A model generated the notes under the pieces. The model saw only the letters and a list, made by a program, of their open reading frames with translations, had not been told where the DNA came from and made no database searches. Below, piece by piece: positions 54,864-64,000 of a stretch of DNA of 64,000 bases (within the stretch, counting starts at the first letter, position 1; each line of letters opens with the position of its first letter). A program made the position numbers and the translations under genes. The stretch covers positions 12,734 through 76,733 of the IMG/VR virus record IMGVR_UViG_3300005713_000004; one strand, 5' to 3'. This DNA is from a virus (lineage: Duplodnaviria > Caudoviricetes).

Positions 54864-55243
54864 ACGATCATCGACCCGCCGTACCGGCCCATCTCCAACA
54901 TCCGCTCAAGATCGGAGTCAAAGCCGGGGATCGTCTGCGTCCCGACGTCGCCCATGGCGATCACGCCGTCCGGGGACCGGCGCCGCGACACCCACCGGTT
55001 CGCGAGCCGGACGGTCCCGAGGACCATCTCCGGGCCGGGGGGTTCGAGCGCGGACAGCGCAGCGAACGCGTCCGTCCCGAACTCGTACCGGCCCCGGTGA
55101 ATGCGCATGACGAAGCCCTTCGCTGCGGCGAGTTGCCGCGTGAGCATGTCGTCTTGCCGGGTGTCGTCGCGGTCGATGTCGAGATCGTTCTTGAGGTCGT
55201 CGAGGGTCGGCGGCCACGTCAAGATCGTGTCATCGGACAGCAC
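54860..55243 (-). CDS. Head-tail adaptor
   Basis: TLDDLK..L...D..L...A; RR.SP.G...D.D. Confidence 0.75.
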   Translation of the reverse strand: MLSDDTILTWPPTLDDLKNDLDIDRDDTRQDDMLTRQLAAAKGFVMRIHRGRYEFGTDAFAALSALEPPGPEMVLGTVRLANRWVSRRRSPDGVIAMGDVGTQTIPGFDSDLERMLEMGRYGGSMIV

Positions 55244-55309
55244 GGGCCACCTCCCTTCGATCGCCGACCGGCCCGGCGGTAGGGAGCGCCGCCGGGACGG
55301 CCGGGCTGG

Positions 55310-55726
55310 TCACGGACGAACGACCGGGTAGCTACTCGGCGAGCCGAACAGCCACAGAGCCTGAACCGCGCCTCCGGTGGTGACGCCGGTCGAGGTGATC
55401 CGGACGCGGAGGAACGGGGCGGTCCCGGGGTCCGGGATGACGCCCATCTCACCGACGGCGTTCGCCGCGTTGAGCGCGATCGAGCCGATCCGCCGGTCGG
55501 CCGGGACGTCGGTCCACGAGCCGGAGCCGGTGGGGCTCTCCTGCGGGACCGCCGTGTACGTGCCGTCGGTGACCGCCCCCGCCGCGACGACCAGCATCGC
55601 GGTACGGAAGTCGGCGCCGGACTGGTCGAGGCCCACCGACGAGCCGTCGGTGTTCGTGTTCGTCGTGATCGACGAGTGGTTCAGCGCCCGGACGGCACGG
55701 ACCCGGTTGACGAGGGTCTCCTTCAC
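55310..55726 (-). CDS. Putative capsid accessory/decoration protein
   Basis: After capsid; QES...WTDV...RVRI. Confidence 0.65.
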   Translation of the reverse strand: MKETLVNRVRAVRALNHSSITTNTNTDGSSVGLDQSGADFRTAMLVVAAGAVTDGTYTAVPQESPTGSGSWTDVPADRRIGSIALNAANAVGEMGVIPDPGTAPFLRVRITSTGVTTGGAVQALWLFGSPSSYPVVRP

Positions 55727-56064
55727 GAGGTCCCCGCCTTCGAGTCCTTCGAGGGCGTGGACACGCTCCCGGTGCCCTTCGGCGCCGGGGGCTCGTCCGC
55801 CCCCTTCCCGGGGGTGGTCGTGGACACGCGCGACGAGGTCGCCTTCCGGCGGGTCCCCGGCGCCGCGTCCGCCGTCTCGTCCCCGGCGGGCGAACCCTCC
55901 CGCTGCGGGACCAGCGTCCGCCGGACGGTGACCGCGCCGAACAGCGACTCCCGGCCCTTCACGACCGGGTCGTCCGCGTAGTAGAGGTCACCGACCCCGA
56001 CGGACACGGGCACGCCCTGAACGTCCGCCGAGAACGGCTCCCGCGCGGAGACGATGTCGGCCAT
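55723..56064 (-). CDS. Hypothetical protein
   Basis: In head operon. Confidence 0.6.
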   Translation of the reverse strand: MADIVSAREPFSADVQGVPVSVGVGDLYYADDPVVKGRESLFGAVTVRRTLVPQREGSPAGDETADAAPGTRRKATSSRVSTTTPGKGADEPPAPKGTGSVSTPSKDSKAGTS

Positions 56065-56070
56065 GATCGA

Positions 56071-56367
56071 TCAGTCCTCCGACGACGGCCCGGCCTGCGG
56101 GCCCCGACCGTGCGGGCCCTCCGACCGGTAGACCGTGGTTCGCGGACCCGACGGCGGGTCCTCGTGGTCGGAGTCGTCGCCCGGCTCGCCGCCGTGGATC
56201 TGCTGCGGCTTGAGCGGGACGTCGTCGAACTTCGGGGCGTGCCGCCCGGTCCGGTTGTCGAGCCGGGGGTCCACCTCCGGCTCGTTCTTCCGGCTGCTGC
56301 TCTCGTTCTCGGCCACGGTGACGGGCCCCTTCCCTGGATCGGCTGCTCTGTCCGTACGAGGTGCCAC
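56071..56367 (-). CDS. Hypothetical protein
   Basis: In head operon; start uncertain. Confidence 0.5.
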   Translation of the reverse strand: MAPRTDRAADPGKGPVTVAENESSSRKNEPEVDPRLDNRTGRHAPKFDDVPLKPQQIHGGEPGDDSDHEDPPSGPRTTVYRSEGPHGRGPQAGPSSED

Positions 56368-56401
56368 GCGGCGACCCCCGGTCGGGGGCGGGGGTCGCCG
56401 C
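56368..56401 (-). terminator. Hairpin after capsid gene
   Basis: GCGGCGACCCCC...GGGGGTCGCCGC. Confidence 0.7.
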
Positions 56402-56419
56402 GTGACGGTCAGGGCTCGA

Positions 56420-57973
56420 TCAGGTGACGTCGAGCATCCGGAACGCGGAGTCGTTCACGGAGTCCGCGCCGTGGCGGACGTACGCGTACCAGCCGCGCTG
56501 CCCCGTCGGCCGGTTGTTCGCCCCGAAAAGATGCGGAATGAACTCGACCGTCATGCCGACCCGGTCGGCGATGACGTAGTTCTCCCAGTCGCCGAAGATG
56601 AGCGCCAGGTTCGCCTGCGACGCCGTGATCACGCCGTCCATGTCTTCGGACTCCATGACCGGCTTGCCGAGCAGACCCTCCGGCCGCCCGTCGCCCAGCG
56701 TGGCCCACAGGCCCGCGCCTCCGGCGGTGTCGAACTGCCGGATCCGGTTGTAGATGAGCCCGTTCGCGAGCCACCCGGTCGTGGGCATGTTGCGGTACCG
56801 GGCCGGGAGGGCGCCGTGCAGCGCGTAGACGTCCGCGAGCGCGAACGTGTCCGTGGTCGCGGAGTTCACGACCGACGAGCCGCCGGTGAGGGCGGTCACG
56901 ATCCCGGTGGGCTGCCCGGAGCCGGAGCCCAGCGCGAAGGCGTTCGCCTCCAGCACGTCCTTGCCGAACGCGAGCAGCCGCCCGACCTCGCTCGTGACGT
57001 TCTGGGCGTCGCCCATGGCCTCGATCGAGATCGGGACGAACCCGGCCGCCTTGTAGATCGGCACGGTGGGCTGCGCCAGGGTCGGGGCATCGTCGGAGAC
57101 CTGCGACGCCTCCGCGTCGTACGACCACGACACCGCGCCGGACGAGACGCCGTTCCACACGTCGCCGGTGGCGACGACCTGCCGGGCGAGCCGCCGGATC
57201 TGGTTGACCGACCCGTTCGCGGTGATGATGACCGTCGGGTCCAGCTGGAACGGGACGAGGTAGCCACCGGCGGTGTCGGTGAGGGACATCGCGCGGGCCG
57301 CCTGCTGGACGCGCTCCACCGCGATGTTCTCGTCCGCCGACAGGTTCGGCAGGTGGGGGGAGCGGGCCATCTTCGACCACGCCCGGAGGTACGTGGGCTC
57401 CGACAGGGTGAGCGCCAGCCGGGAGAGGCGGCCGTCCTCGTCGTCCCACTGCTCGATCAGGTCCGTTGCCGCCGACCGGATCCGGTCGGTCGCGCCCTGC
57501 ATCCGCTCCACGGCGGACAGGGCGCGGGCCCGGATCTCGCGGGTCACCTGCTCCTGCGGGCGGTCGAACGTCCGCATCTCCGACAGGTTCCACGGGTTGC
57601 GGAACCGGCGCAGCTCCACGGAGTCCGGCTCCGTGATCGAGTCCACGTCCATGGTGTCCATCGACCCGCGCCCGGCGGCCGACCCCGGCTCCGCGCGCCC
57701 GACGCGGCCGAAGCGGGTCGAGGCGGTCCGGAGGTCCCCGTCCGTGACCTGCGCGACGCGCGCCCGCGCGGCCTGCCGTTCGAGGTGCTTCCGCCAGTCG
57801 TTCACCTCGTTGAACTCGGCGGTGGCCTGGTCGAACCGGGCCTCTTCCTCCGTGGTGGGGGAGTCCAGTTCGGCGAGGCGGCCGATCTCCGCGTCGAGGT
57901 CCCGCAGCCGGTTCACGGCCTGCGGGTGGGTGAGGGCCGGACCCGTGCGGGTGCCCTTGTCGTCCTCGTCCAT
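56420..57973 (-). CDS. Major capsid protein, HK97 fold with delta domain
   Basis: GGYLVP, YDAEA, FVPISIE, E..AF..G.G.GQP.GI, FGDW, R.G. Confidence 0.95.
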   Translation of the reverse strand: MDEDDKGTRTGPALTHPQAVNRLRDLDAEIGRLAELDSPTTEEEARFDQATAEFNEVNDWRKHLERQAARARVAQVTDGDLRTASTRFGRVGRAEPGSAAGRGSMDTMDVDSITEPDSVELRRFRNPWNLSEMRTFDRPQEQVTREIRARALSAVERMQGATDRIRSAATDLIEQWDDEDGRLSRLALTLSEPTYLRAWSKMARSPHLPNLSADENIAVERVQQAARAMSLTDTAGGYLVPFQLDPTVIITANGSVNQIRRLARQVVATGDVWNGVSSGAVSWSYDAEASQVSDDAPTLAQPTVPIYKAAGFVPISIEAMGDAQNVTSEVGRLLAFGKDVLEANAFALGSGSGQPTGIVTALTGGSSVVNSATTDTFALADVYALHGALPARYRNMPTTGWLANGLIYNRIRQFDTAGGAGLWATLGDGRPEGLLGKPVMESEDMDGVITASQANLALIFGDWENYVIADRVGMTVEFIPHLFGANNRPTGQRGWYAYVRHGADSVNDSAFRMLDVT

Positions 57974-57974
57974 C

Positions 57975-58967
57975 TCAGTCCTTCGAGGGGAGGGAAGCGA
58001 GGACGGAGTCCAACGTGTCGCGGACGGCCGCTCGCTTCGATGCCCAGTCACGCGGACGCGTGATACCGGTGGGGGACGAGTGCTCACCGGCTGCATCGGC
58101 TCCGGTGGATCGCGGCTCCGTCGAGTGCGCTCCGGCCGGGCTCGCAGTGGTCTGCGGCTCTGTGCTGTCCGTGATCGTAGACGACGTGTCCACGCCCTCG
58201 CCAGCCACGGACGGGGGGACCACCTGCTCGCGCTCCGGGACGGGGCGTGGACACGCCCGGTCGGCGAGCGCGACGGCGCGGGCGAGGCTCGACCGGCCGC
58301 GCTCCGTGCGCAGGTCGAGACTGCCCAGATCGATCACGAACGGGGACTCCGACGAGCGGACCCCGACGGAGGTCTGCTCGTACGCGGGCCACGCAACCGG
58401 GCCCACCTCCGACACCTTGACCTCGTTCAGCGTCCGCAGCAGCGGGCCCCGGTCCCCGGCGCCGTACCACAGCAGTTCGAGCAACTCGTCATCCTTGACG
58501 CGCTTGCCCTCGACGTCGGTCCACGTGTCCTTCACGACCGCGAACCGGAAGCTCATCCCGGTGATCCCGCCGCCGTTGCCCTCCGGCCCGGCGATGGCCT
58601 GCCGGACCGGCTCGATCAACCAGTTGTCCGACAGCCGCCCGACCACGTGGAGCCCGTGGTCGTCCTCCTCCGTGATGTCCCACCGGCCCAGCGGGATCGA
58701 GCCGATCAGCGGGTGGCGCCCGTGGTCGTACTGCATGACCGGCGTCCGCTCGCGGAGCGACTTCCGGAACGCGCCCTTCGCGATCTGCTCGTCGAAGATC
58801 CCTTCCCACGACTCGATCCGGGTCGTCTGCCCGAACACCGCGCCGTACCCGTCGATCGTCCGACCGTCGGGGTCCGCCTCCCCGGTGTCGGCCCGCAGGG
58901 TGAACCCCACCTCGCGGATGAGGTCGGTACGCGCGATCTCGCGCGGTCGATCGAGCGTCCTAGACAC
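57975..58967 (-). CDS. HK97-type prohead protease
   Basis: GYGAVF...E.I.KGAF...YDH...GMSFRF...EV..V.WPAY. Confidence 0.92.
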   Translation of the reverse strand: MSRTLDRPREIARTDLIREVGFTLRADTGEADPDGRTIDGYGAVFGQTTRIESWEGIFDEQIAKGAFRKSLRERTPVMQYDHGRHPLIGSIPLGRWDITEEDDHGLHVVGRLSDNWLIEPVRQAIAGPEGNGGGITGMSFRFAVVKDTWTDVEGKRVKDDELLELLWYGAGDRGPLLRTLNEVKVSEVGPVAWPAYEQTSVGVRSSESPFVIDLGSLDLRTERGRSSLARAVALADRACPRPVPEREQVVPPSVAGEGVDTSSTITDSTEPQTTASPAGAHSTEPRSTGADAAGEHSSPTGITRPRDWASKRAAVRDTLDSVLASLPSKD

Positions 58968-60375
58968 GGGCGATCTCCAATCGAGCAGCCGCACGGCCGC
59001 TGTCGTCTTCGGGGTCCGGCTCGTCGAGGGACGCGCCGTCGGGGGAGGTCCCCGGCTGCTGTAGCTGAACGGACAGGCGGCCGGTGTGGACGAGGAGAGA
59101 CATGTCCTGCGCCACCACGGCCTCGACGACGGAGTCCGGCTCGAACCCGCCGTCGACGAGCGTCCGGATCGTCTGCGCCTGCGTGAACGCAATCGACGCC
59201 GCGTCCTTCGAGTCCTCGCGCAGGAACGGGACGTCCCGGACGTCGTACCAGAGCCGCGACCCCGGGGGGGTCGGCATGATCTGGGCGAGGCTCCCGGCCG
59301 CGTTCGTCCACAGCGGGTGGAGCGTGCCGTCCGCGAAGCGGCGCCGCGCCTGCCCGTAGTTGGAGTACGTCGCGGACTGGAGACCTTCCGACAGGCCCAC
59401 GATGATCGGCGGGGTCCCGGCCGCAGCAGCGATCCGCGTCTCTCCGGCGCCCTGAACCGCGCGCAAGTCGATCTGCTGCATGTCGCGGCCCACGACGGTG
59501 AGGTCCGCGCCGCCGCCGATGTGCATGGTCTTGCCTGCGTTGTCGGGTCCGGCGTACTCCTCGTCGAGGGCCGCCTTGAAGAGTTTCGCCTGCGCGGGGG
59601 TTACCTGCGGGGCGTGCTTGATCACGATGTTGGGGGTGGCCGCGTTCCGCATGAACCGGGTCTTGTGCTCGGTCATCGCGGAGTCGGCGAGTTGCTCGCG
59701 GATCACGGGGGTGAGCCACGACATGCCCCGGTAGGTGGCGGTGGGGTCGGGGATGGGCGCGAAGTGGGCCACCTCCGACGGGAGGAGGATCGTGGGGTCC
59801 TCGTGGCGGGCGCCGTCCTCGTAGTAGGCGTATCCGATCTTGCGCCAGCCCAGCGTGAACAGGTCTTCGGAGAACTCGTCGCGGACTACACGCGGTTCCA
59901 GGATGATGTCAACCCAGTCGGGCCGCAGCCGGGTCAACTCCCCCGGGAACCGGTTCGTCACGTACGCGTTCCCGGCGAGGTCTGCGTCCGTGATCATCTT
60001 CGCGAGCAGGTCCGCCGTCGTCCCGCCCTCCCACGGCCGCTCCATGATCGCGAGCGACGCGTCCCCCCACAACGTCGTCGGGCGCCCCGCCCGCAGCCGC
60101 TGGTACTGGATCCGCGCCTGCGAGAACACCGACAGCCGCGCCAGCAGACACGCGAACACCACCGACGACGAGCCGAACATCCGTCGCGACATCCCGGCGA
60201 AGTCGGCCGGAGCCTGTTCCGCCGCCTGCGGGTGCAGCGTCTGCGTCACCCCCGGGATCGGCTGCCCGAAGAACTGCGCCTCCGCGATCGCGGCGATGTA
60301 GTCCTCAATCGAGGTGATCTCCCGGACGTCCACCTCCGCCACGCGCGGCCGGGCCTTCCGGTACAAGGTCGTCAC
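58960..60375 (-). CDS. Portal protein (HK97 family)
   Basis: VFAC, LAGNAY, LRPDWV, RGMSWL, FMRNAATP, TYSN. Confidence 0.95.
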   Translation of the reverse strand: MTTLYRKARPRVAEVDVREITSIEDYIAAIAEAQFFGQPIPGVTQTLHPQAAEQAPADFAGMSRRMFGSSSVVFACLLARLSVFSQARIQYQRLRAGRPTTLWGDASLAIMERPWEGGTTADLLAKMITDADLAGNAYVTNRFPGELTRLRPDWVDIILEPRVVRDEFSEDLFTLGWRKIGYAYYEDGARHEDPTILLPSEVAHFAPIPDPTATYRGMSWLTPVIREQLADSAMTEHKTRFMRNAATPNIVIKHAPQVTPAQAKLFKAALDEEYAGPDNAGKTMHIGGGADLTVVGRDMQQIDLRAVQGAGETRIAAAAGTPPIIVGLSEGLQSATYSNYGQARRRFADGTLHPLWTNAAGSLAQIMPTPPGSRLWYDVRDVPFLREDSKDAASIAFTQAQTIRTLVDGGFEPDSVVEAVVAQDMSLLVHTGRLSVQLQQPGTSPDGASLDEPDPEDDSGRAAARLEIARV

Positions 60376-60584
60376 AGGCCCGGCACCCTACGGCCCGCGC
60401 GAGGGTCCTCCGGCTCGACCGACTCCGGCGCCGGGTCCGTGTCCACGCCGAAGAACAGGACCGCCGCCGACGCAGCAGCGCCCAGGACCAGCGCCGGACC
60501 GACCAGCCCGAACCACATCCACACGCCCAGCGCGGCGACCAGCCCGCAGGCCCACAGTCCGAGCAGGACCAGCAGCGCCCTCAC
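60372..60584 (-). CDS. Small membrane protein between TerL and portal
   Basis: 2 TM; GTGA coupling. Confidence 0.7.
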   Translation of the reverse strand: MRALLVLLGLWACGLVAALGVWMWFGLVGPALVLGAAASAAVLFFGVDTDPAPESVEPEDPRAGRRVPGL

Positions 60585-62275
60585 GAGGTGAACACCCACT
60601 GCTCAACGACTTCCTCAACCACTAGCGCCCCTTCCTCGACGGCTCGTTTCCGGCCCCACGTGCCCAGGACCCCGGCGATGAACGCGTCGATGTACCAGCC
60701 CGCGCGCTTCTTCACGATCTTGACGTACCGGCGCTCGACCGCCCCGTCCTCGCCCTCCCGGGGCGGCTTGAGCCCCCCGAACGCGAGCGAGGCGTTCCCC
60801 GCGTGCTTGCGGACGTCCGGGTCCCCGTCGTGGGTGAACTCGCCCGGCCCCACCTTGTACGCGTCCTCGAAGTTGATCCACGCCTCATCCATCCGGCGTT
60901 CGGTGTTCGTCGGGAACTCGACGACGACCGGCTTCCCCTTCGGGTTCGCCCCCCACTCACCCGCCTTCCGGCTGAGCACGGTTTGCCAGCGGTACGGGTC
61001 GGCGATCATGTGCCAGACCTCGTATGCCTCCCACGCGTCGTCCATGGCCTGTTCCACGAGGTGTTCCGGGACGCGGCCGGGGAGACCGTGCTCCCGCTCG
61101 AAGTCGGTCCGGTAGTCCTGCGGAGCCCAGACGCCCAGCCGGAACCACCGGCCGTCCCGGATCCGGACCGCGATCAACGCCGTCCGGTCCAATACACGGC
61201 TTCCGTCGAAACCCAGAACGACGCGCTCGCCGGGGAGGAGTTGCGTGTCCACGTCGTCCGGGTTCGGCTTCCGCGCGAGCGCGGCCCACCGCGTCCCGTC
61301 GATCGCGTCCCGCTCGCCCACCGTGATCTCGTCGAGGTAGAACCGCCGCGACTCCGCCTCACCCGTCGCGCCGTCCCGGACCTGCGCGAGCTGGCTCTCC
61401 AGATCGACCCAGCCGCCCGCCTCCCGCAGGCTGTCCCCGTACTTCACGACGATCCGCTCCCGGACGAGGTCGTCGTTCGCGAACTCCTCCTTTGTGAGGT
61501 TCGCCAGCCCCGTGCCCCGATGGTCGAGGTACACGCCCGGCGCCTTCGCCTCCGCCGTGGTCTGCGCCGCGCTGTCCTCCGTCGGGTCCCACGCGTTCGT
61601 CACCTCCGACCACGAGCCGCCGATGCCCGCGAGGTTCCGCTTCATCGCCCGGATCATGGGGCGGCCCTTGTTCCGGTCCGTCATGAGGTGGGTCTCCGTG
61701 AACGACGCGTACGTGATCGGGTTGCCCAGCCGCGAGTCCGCCGACATCGTGACCGTCTCGATCCACCCGTCCCCACCCGGGAGCTTGATCGTCGTCAACC
61801 CCGGGTCGAGGCCCGGCGTGTCCGCGAGCGGGCCTTCGGTGACCATCCGGTAGGTGGGCCGGAACGTGTTGTCCGTCTGGTCCTCGGACGTCGCCGCTAT
61901 CTGGATCCACGGCGTGGACACGGGCTTCCCGACCGGCTCTCCGGCCGCGTTCCACCCGTCGAACTGGACCGGCCCGAACGCGTGCGCGCAGACCTTAGCC
62001 GCGTTGAACGGGTCCTTCCCCCACTTCTGCGGGCGCCGCAACTGCGTGCCGTAGTGGACGAGCCCATCCACCGGACGCGGTCGTCGTGGGTGAACGACCG
62101 CGTCCGGGTGGAGCCGGTAGACGTGGACGAGGTGGGACCACATCTCGTCCGTGAGCAAGTACGGCTCTCCCCGCTGCGACTGATCGGGGACGATGCAGTA
62201 CTCCTCGATCCACTCGCCCACGACGTAGCCCAGCGTCGGGAACTCGCCCCGCTCGCGCGGACCCCGCCACGGCAT
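60581..62275 (-). CDS. Terminase large subunit
   Basis: RRPQKWGKDP, IAATSEDQT, FTETH, LGFDGS, IDAFIA. Confidence 0.95.
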   Translation of the reverse strand: MPWRGPRERGEFPTLGYVVGEWIEEYCIVPDQSQRGEPYLLTDEMWSHLVHVYRLHPDAVVHPRRPRPVDGLVHYGTQLRRPQKWGKDPFNAAKVCAHAFGPVQFDGWNAAGEPVGKPVSTPWIQIAATSEDQTDNTFRPTYRMVTEGPLADTPGLDPGLTTIKLPGGDGWIETVTMSADSRLGNPITYASFTETHLMTDRNKGRPMIRAMKRNLAGIGGSWSEVTNAWDPTEDSAAQTTAEAKAPGVYLDHRGTGLANLTKEEFANDDLVRERIVVKYGDSLREAGGWVDLESQLAQVRDGATGEAESRRFYLDEITVGERDAIDGTRWAALARKPNPDDVDTQLLPGERVVLGFDGSRVLDRTALIAVRIRDGRWFRLGVWAPQDYRTDFEREHGLPGRVPEHLVEQAMDDAWEAYEVWHMIADPYRWQTVLSRKAGEWGANPKGKPVVVEFPTNTERRMDEAWINFEDAYKVGPGEFTHDGDPDVRKHAGNASLAFGGLKPPREGEDGAVERRYVKIVKKRAGWYIDAFIAGVLGTWGRKRAVEEGALVVEEVVEQWVFTS

Positions 62276-62278
62276 CGA

Positions 62279-62737
62279 CTACGCCGTGTCCACGCCGTCG
62301 ACCGCGCGGATCCGCCGCGACCGGGTCGTCCCCTTCGCCGCCGTGCCGCCCTGCTCCCGCGAGTTGCGCTGCTCCGCCACCTCGTCGCCCGGGATGTTCC
62401 ACATCAGCGTGCGGAGCGCCTTCGGGTTCAGACCCAGCCGATCGGCGAGTTGCCGGGCCTCCGACGCCGCGTCCCGGTCGAGGCTCTCCGCCTTGATCGA
62501 CCATCGGACGTACATCGCCACCTCGCGTTCGGAGCGCATCCGCTCCCACGCGACCGCCTGCGGGGTGGCCCACAGCGCGGCCCACAGCGCCGTCTCACGG
62601 AGCCCGGTCGCTTCGTCCTTCGCCTCCGACAGCGGCCACGCCGGAGCCTTCCCACGGCGACCGTGGGCCGGGAGGTCCACCGGGCCGATGCGGGCGTTGC
62701 GCCTGCGGGCGTTCGGGTTCGCAGCAGCAGGCATCAC
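62279..62737 (-). CDS. Terminase small subunit (putative)
   Basis: Directly before TerL; LW.TPQAVAW...LGLNP..LR.L.W. Confidence 0.75.
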   Translation of the reverse strand: MMPAAANPNARRRNARIGPVDLPAHGRRGKAPAWPLSEAKDEATGLRETALWAALWATPQAVAWERMRSEREVAMYVRWSIKAESLDRDAASEARQLADRLGLNPKALRTLMWNIPGDEVAEQRNSREQGGTAAKGTTRSRRIRAVDGVDTA

Positions 62738-62955
62738 GAACCCCCGTCGGCGAGTGGATCCGTGGCGACCTGCCGGACGAAGCGGAGGACATCACCAGTG
62801 AGGTCCGCCATCACGGCGCCCGTGCGCTCCGCGAGCGACTCGCCCGCGGCGTGCACCCGGGCCGTCCGGGTCGAGGCGCAGGTCTTCGCCCCGCCGCCGA
62901 CGGGGCACGTCACGGTGACCGTGATCTCCGCTACCTCCGGCAGGATCTGTGCCAC
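62734..62955 (-). CDS. Hypothetical protein
   Basis: Coupled in operon. Confidence 0.5.
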   Translation of the reverse strand: MAQILPEVAEITVTVTCPVGGGAKTCASTRTARVHAAGESLAERTGAVMADLTGDVLRFVRQVATDPLADGGS

Positions 62956-62957
62956 GG

Positions 62958-63206
62958 CTACCGCCCCCCTCGTCCGGCGATGCTCGCCCGGACCGCGTCG
63001 TCCTTCGCGGACACCAGCGACCGGAGCGCGACGACGAGGTCCGGCGTGTCCACGCCCACCGCGCCGAGCAGGTCCATGGCCGCGACCGCGAACACCTGCG
63101 CGACCGCCCGCTCCGGCCCGGTGAGCGCCGGGTTCACGTCCAGCCACCGGGCCACGCCCACGACCTCCGGCCGCCGGTCGGCGGCGGTCGCCTCGACGGG
63201 CCCCAT
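62958..63206 (-). CDS. Conserved small phage protein
   Basis: VALRSLVSAKDDAVRA motif. Confidence 0.7.
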   Translation of the reverse strand: MGPVEATAADRRPEVVGVARWLDVNPALTGPERAVAQVFAVAAMDLLGAVGVDTPDLVVALRSLVSAKDDAVRASIAGRGGR

Positions 63207-63424
63207 CACTCGTCCAGCCACGCGAGGGAGCAGCCGTCGTGCATGAACAGGACGTCGGTCGCGCTCGCGAACACCACCGGCATCGGCTGCTCCGCCTCGA
63301 CGTCCAGCACGGCCGCCGACCCCGGCCCGGTCGCGGTCACGAACTCGACGCCCAGCGCGACGACCTCGCCGTCCGCGTCGGCGCCGCGCCGGACCTCGAA
63401 GCGGCGCAGACGGTTCGGACTCAT
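63206..63424 (-). CDS. Hypothetical protein
   Basis: RRFEVRR..D...GVEF; coupled. Confidence 0.6.
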   Translation of the reverse strand: MSPNRLRRFEVRRGADADGEVVALGVEFVTATGPGSAAVLDVEAEQPMPVVFASATDVLFMHDGCSLAWLDE

Positions 63425-63690
63425 CCGAGACCCCGGGGCCGGACCGGGTCCACCTCGACGAGCGAGGGGGACCCGGACGGGCCGACCGGCGAGGACGCGA
63501 CCGACGTCACGACCGACAGCAGCGCGGCGGCCCCGGCGACGCCCAGCGACCCGGCCCAGTCGATGCCGACGAGGTCGAGGACGTCCCCGCTCGCCAGCCA
63601 CGCGGCGCCCAGCGCCTGCGCGAACGTCTTCGCCGCGCGCTCCGCCGCCTGCCGCCAGAACCCGCCCGTCACCAGCGGTGATGTGCCCAT
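63421..63690 (-). CDS. r1t-type holin
   Basis: FWRQAAERAAKTFAQ...IDW...LLSVVTSVAS. Confidence 0.85.
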   Translation of the reverse strand: MGTSPLVTGGFWRQAAERAAKTFAQALGAAWLASGDVLDLVGIDWAGSLGVAGAAALLSVVTSVASSPVGPSGSPSLVEVDPVRPRGLG

Positions 63691-63719
63691 GATGATCAGC
63701 CTCCCCGATCCGTCACTCT

Positions 63720-63799
63720 CCGTGGAATGTCACCCTGCGTGACACCCGCGCTTGATCCACTTCGCCCCTCACGCTCCGTGGCATGTCACCCTGCGTGAC
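63720..63799. repeat. Two 24-bp direct repeats upstream of late operon
   Basis: CCGTGG(A/C)ATGTCACCCTGCGTGAC at 63720 and 63776. Confidence 0.8.
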
Positions 63800-64000
63800 C
63801 TGTGGAGCGTTCGGATGCATCCGAGACCCCGCCGAAGGGGTCCGGAGGCGCCCCACGGGCCCGACCGTTCGGCGATCCACGGTCCGGAGGGGTTGCCAGC
63901 CCGGCTGACAAGCCCCTGACCTGCGGAAACGTCCCACGGAAGCCGTTGGTCCGATCGGGGCAACTTGCGGCTGGGGGTTGCGTACGCCCGGCCGCCGACG

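Larger units (their letters stand above)
2055..63054. repeat. Dispersed 10-mer CGTGTCCACG/CGTGGACACG, about 50 exact copies
   Basis: Counted by eye on both strands, mostly inside CDS. Confidence 0.9.
1..64000. mobile_element. Actinobacterial siphovirus-like phage/prophage or plasmid-phage carrying a conjugation module
   Basis: Ordered terminase-portal-protease-capsid-tail-lysin operon, phage replication/recombination genes, TraB module; no host housekeeping genes seen. Confidence 0.93.

Noticed and set aside
59900-60600. Strongly C-rich plus-strand stretches (also 20700-20900, 31000-31500)
   Set aside because: Explained by G-rich codon use of minus-strand genes
2055-63054. 10-mer as a KOPS/Chi-like polar signal or true DnaA boxes
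   Set aside because: Orientations are about equal with no switch point; two consistent mismatches to TTGTCCACA and no clustering
60803-63124. 773-aa plus-strand ORF and similar long plus ORFs across 41-63 kb
   Set aside because: Antisense shadows of the late operon

Overview
High-GC actinobacterial siphovirus-type (pro)phage genome segment. The right arm (minus strand, about 63690 to 40968) is a complete HK97-type late operon: holin, TerS, TerL, portal, protease, capsid, head-tail genes, tail chaperone, tape measure, minor tails including a GH16 domain, and endolysin. The centre holds a divergent switch (35515-35594). Leftward of it lie Cro-like, RecE-like, SSAP, DUF2303, Rep, helicase-loader, SLOG, exonuclease, globin and WhiB-like genes; rightward lie lipoproteins and hypotheticals. 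The left 20 kb is unusual. It has (i) a Streptomyces-type conjugation module (TraA-like, TraB/FtsK, clt-like GACCCGGA inverted repeat, DUF2637/SpdA-like); (ii) about 20 small-gene cassettes built from one conserved promoter/operator unit, often leaderless and often ending in a hairpin, with rrn boxA-like motifs in five leaders; (iii) a tRNA-Pro-like RNA with no anticodon loop and a 47-nt D-loop. A 10-mer, CGTGTCCACG, recurs about 50 times across the window. No integrase, CI repressor, Par system or CRISPR array was recognised. All calls are by eye from motifs; no database searches were run.
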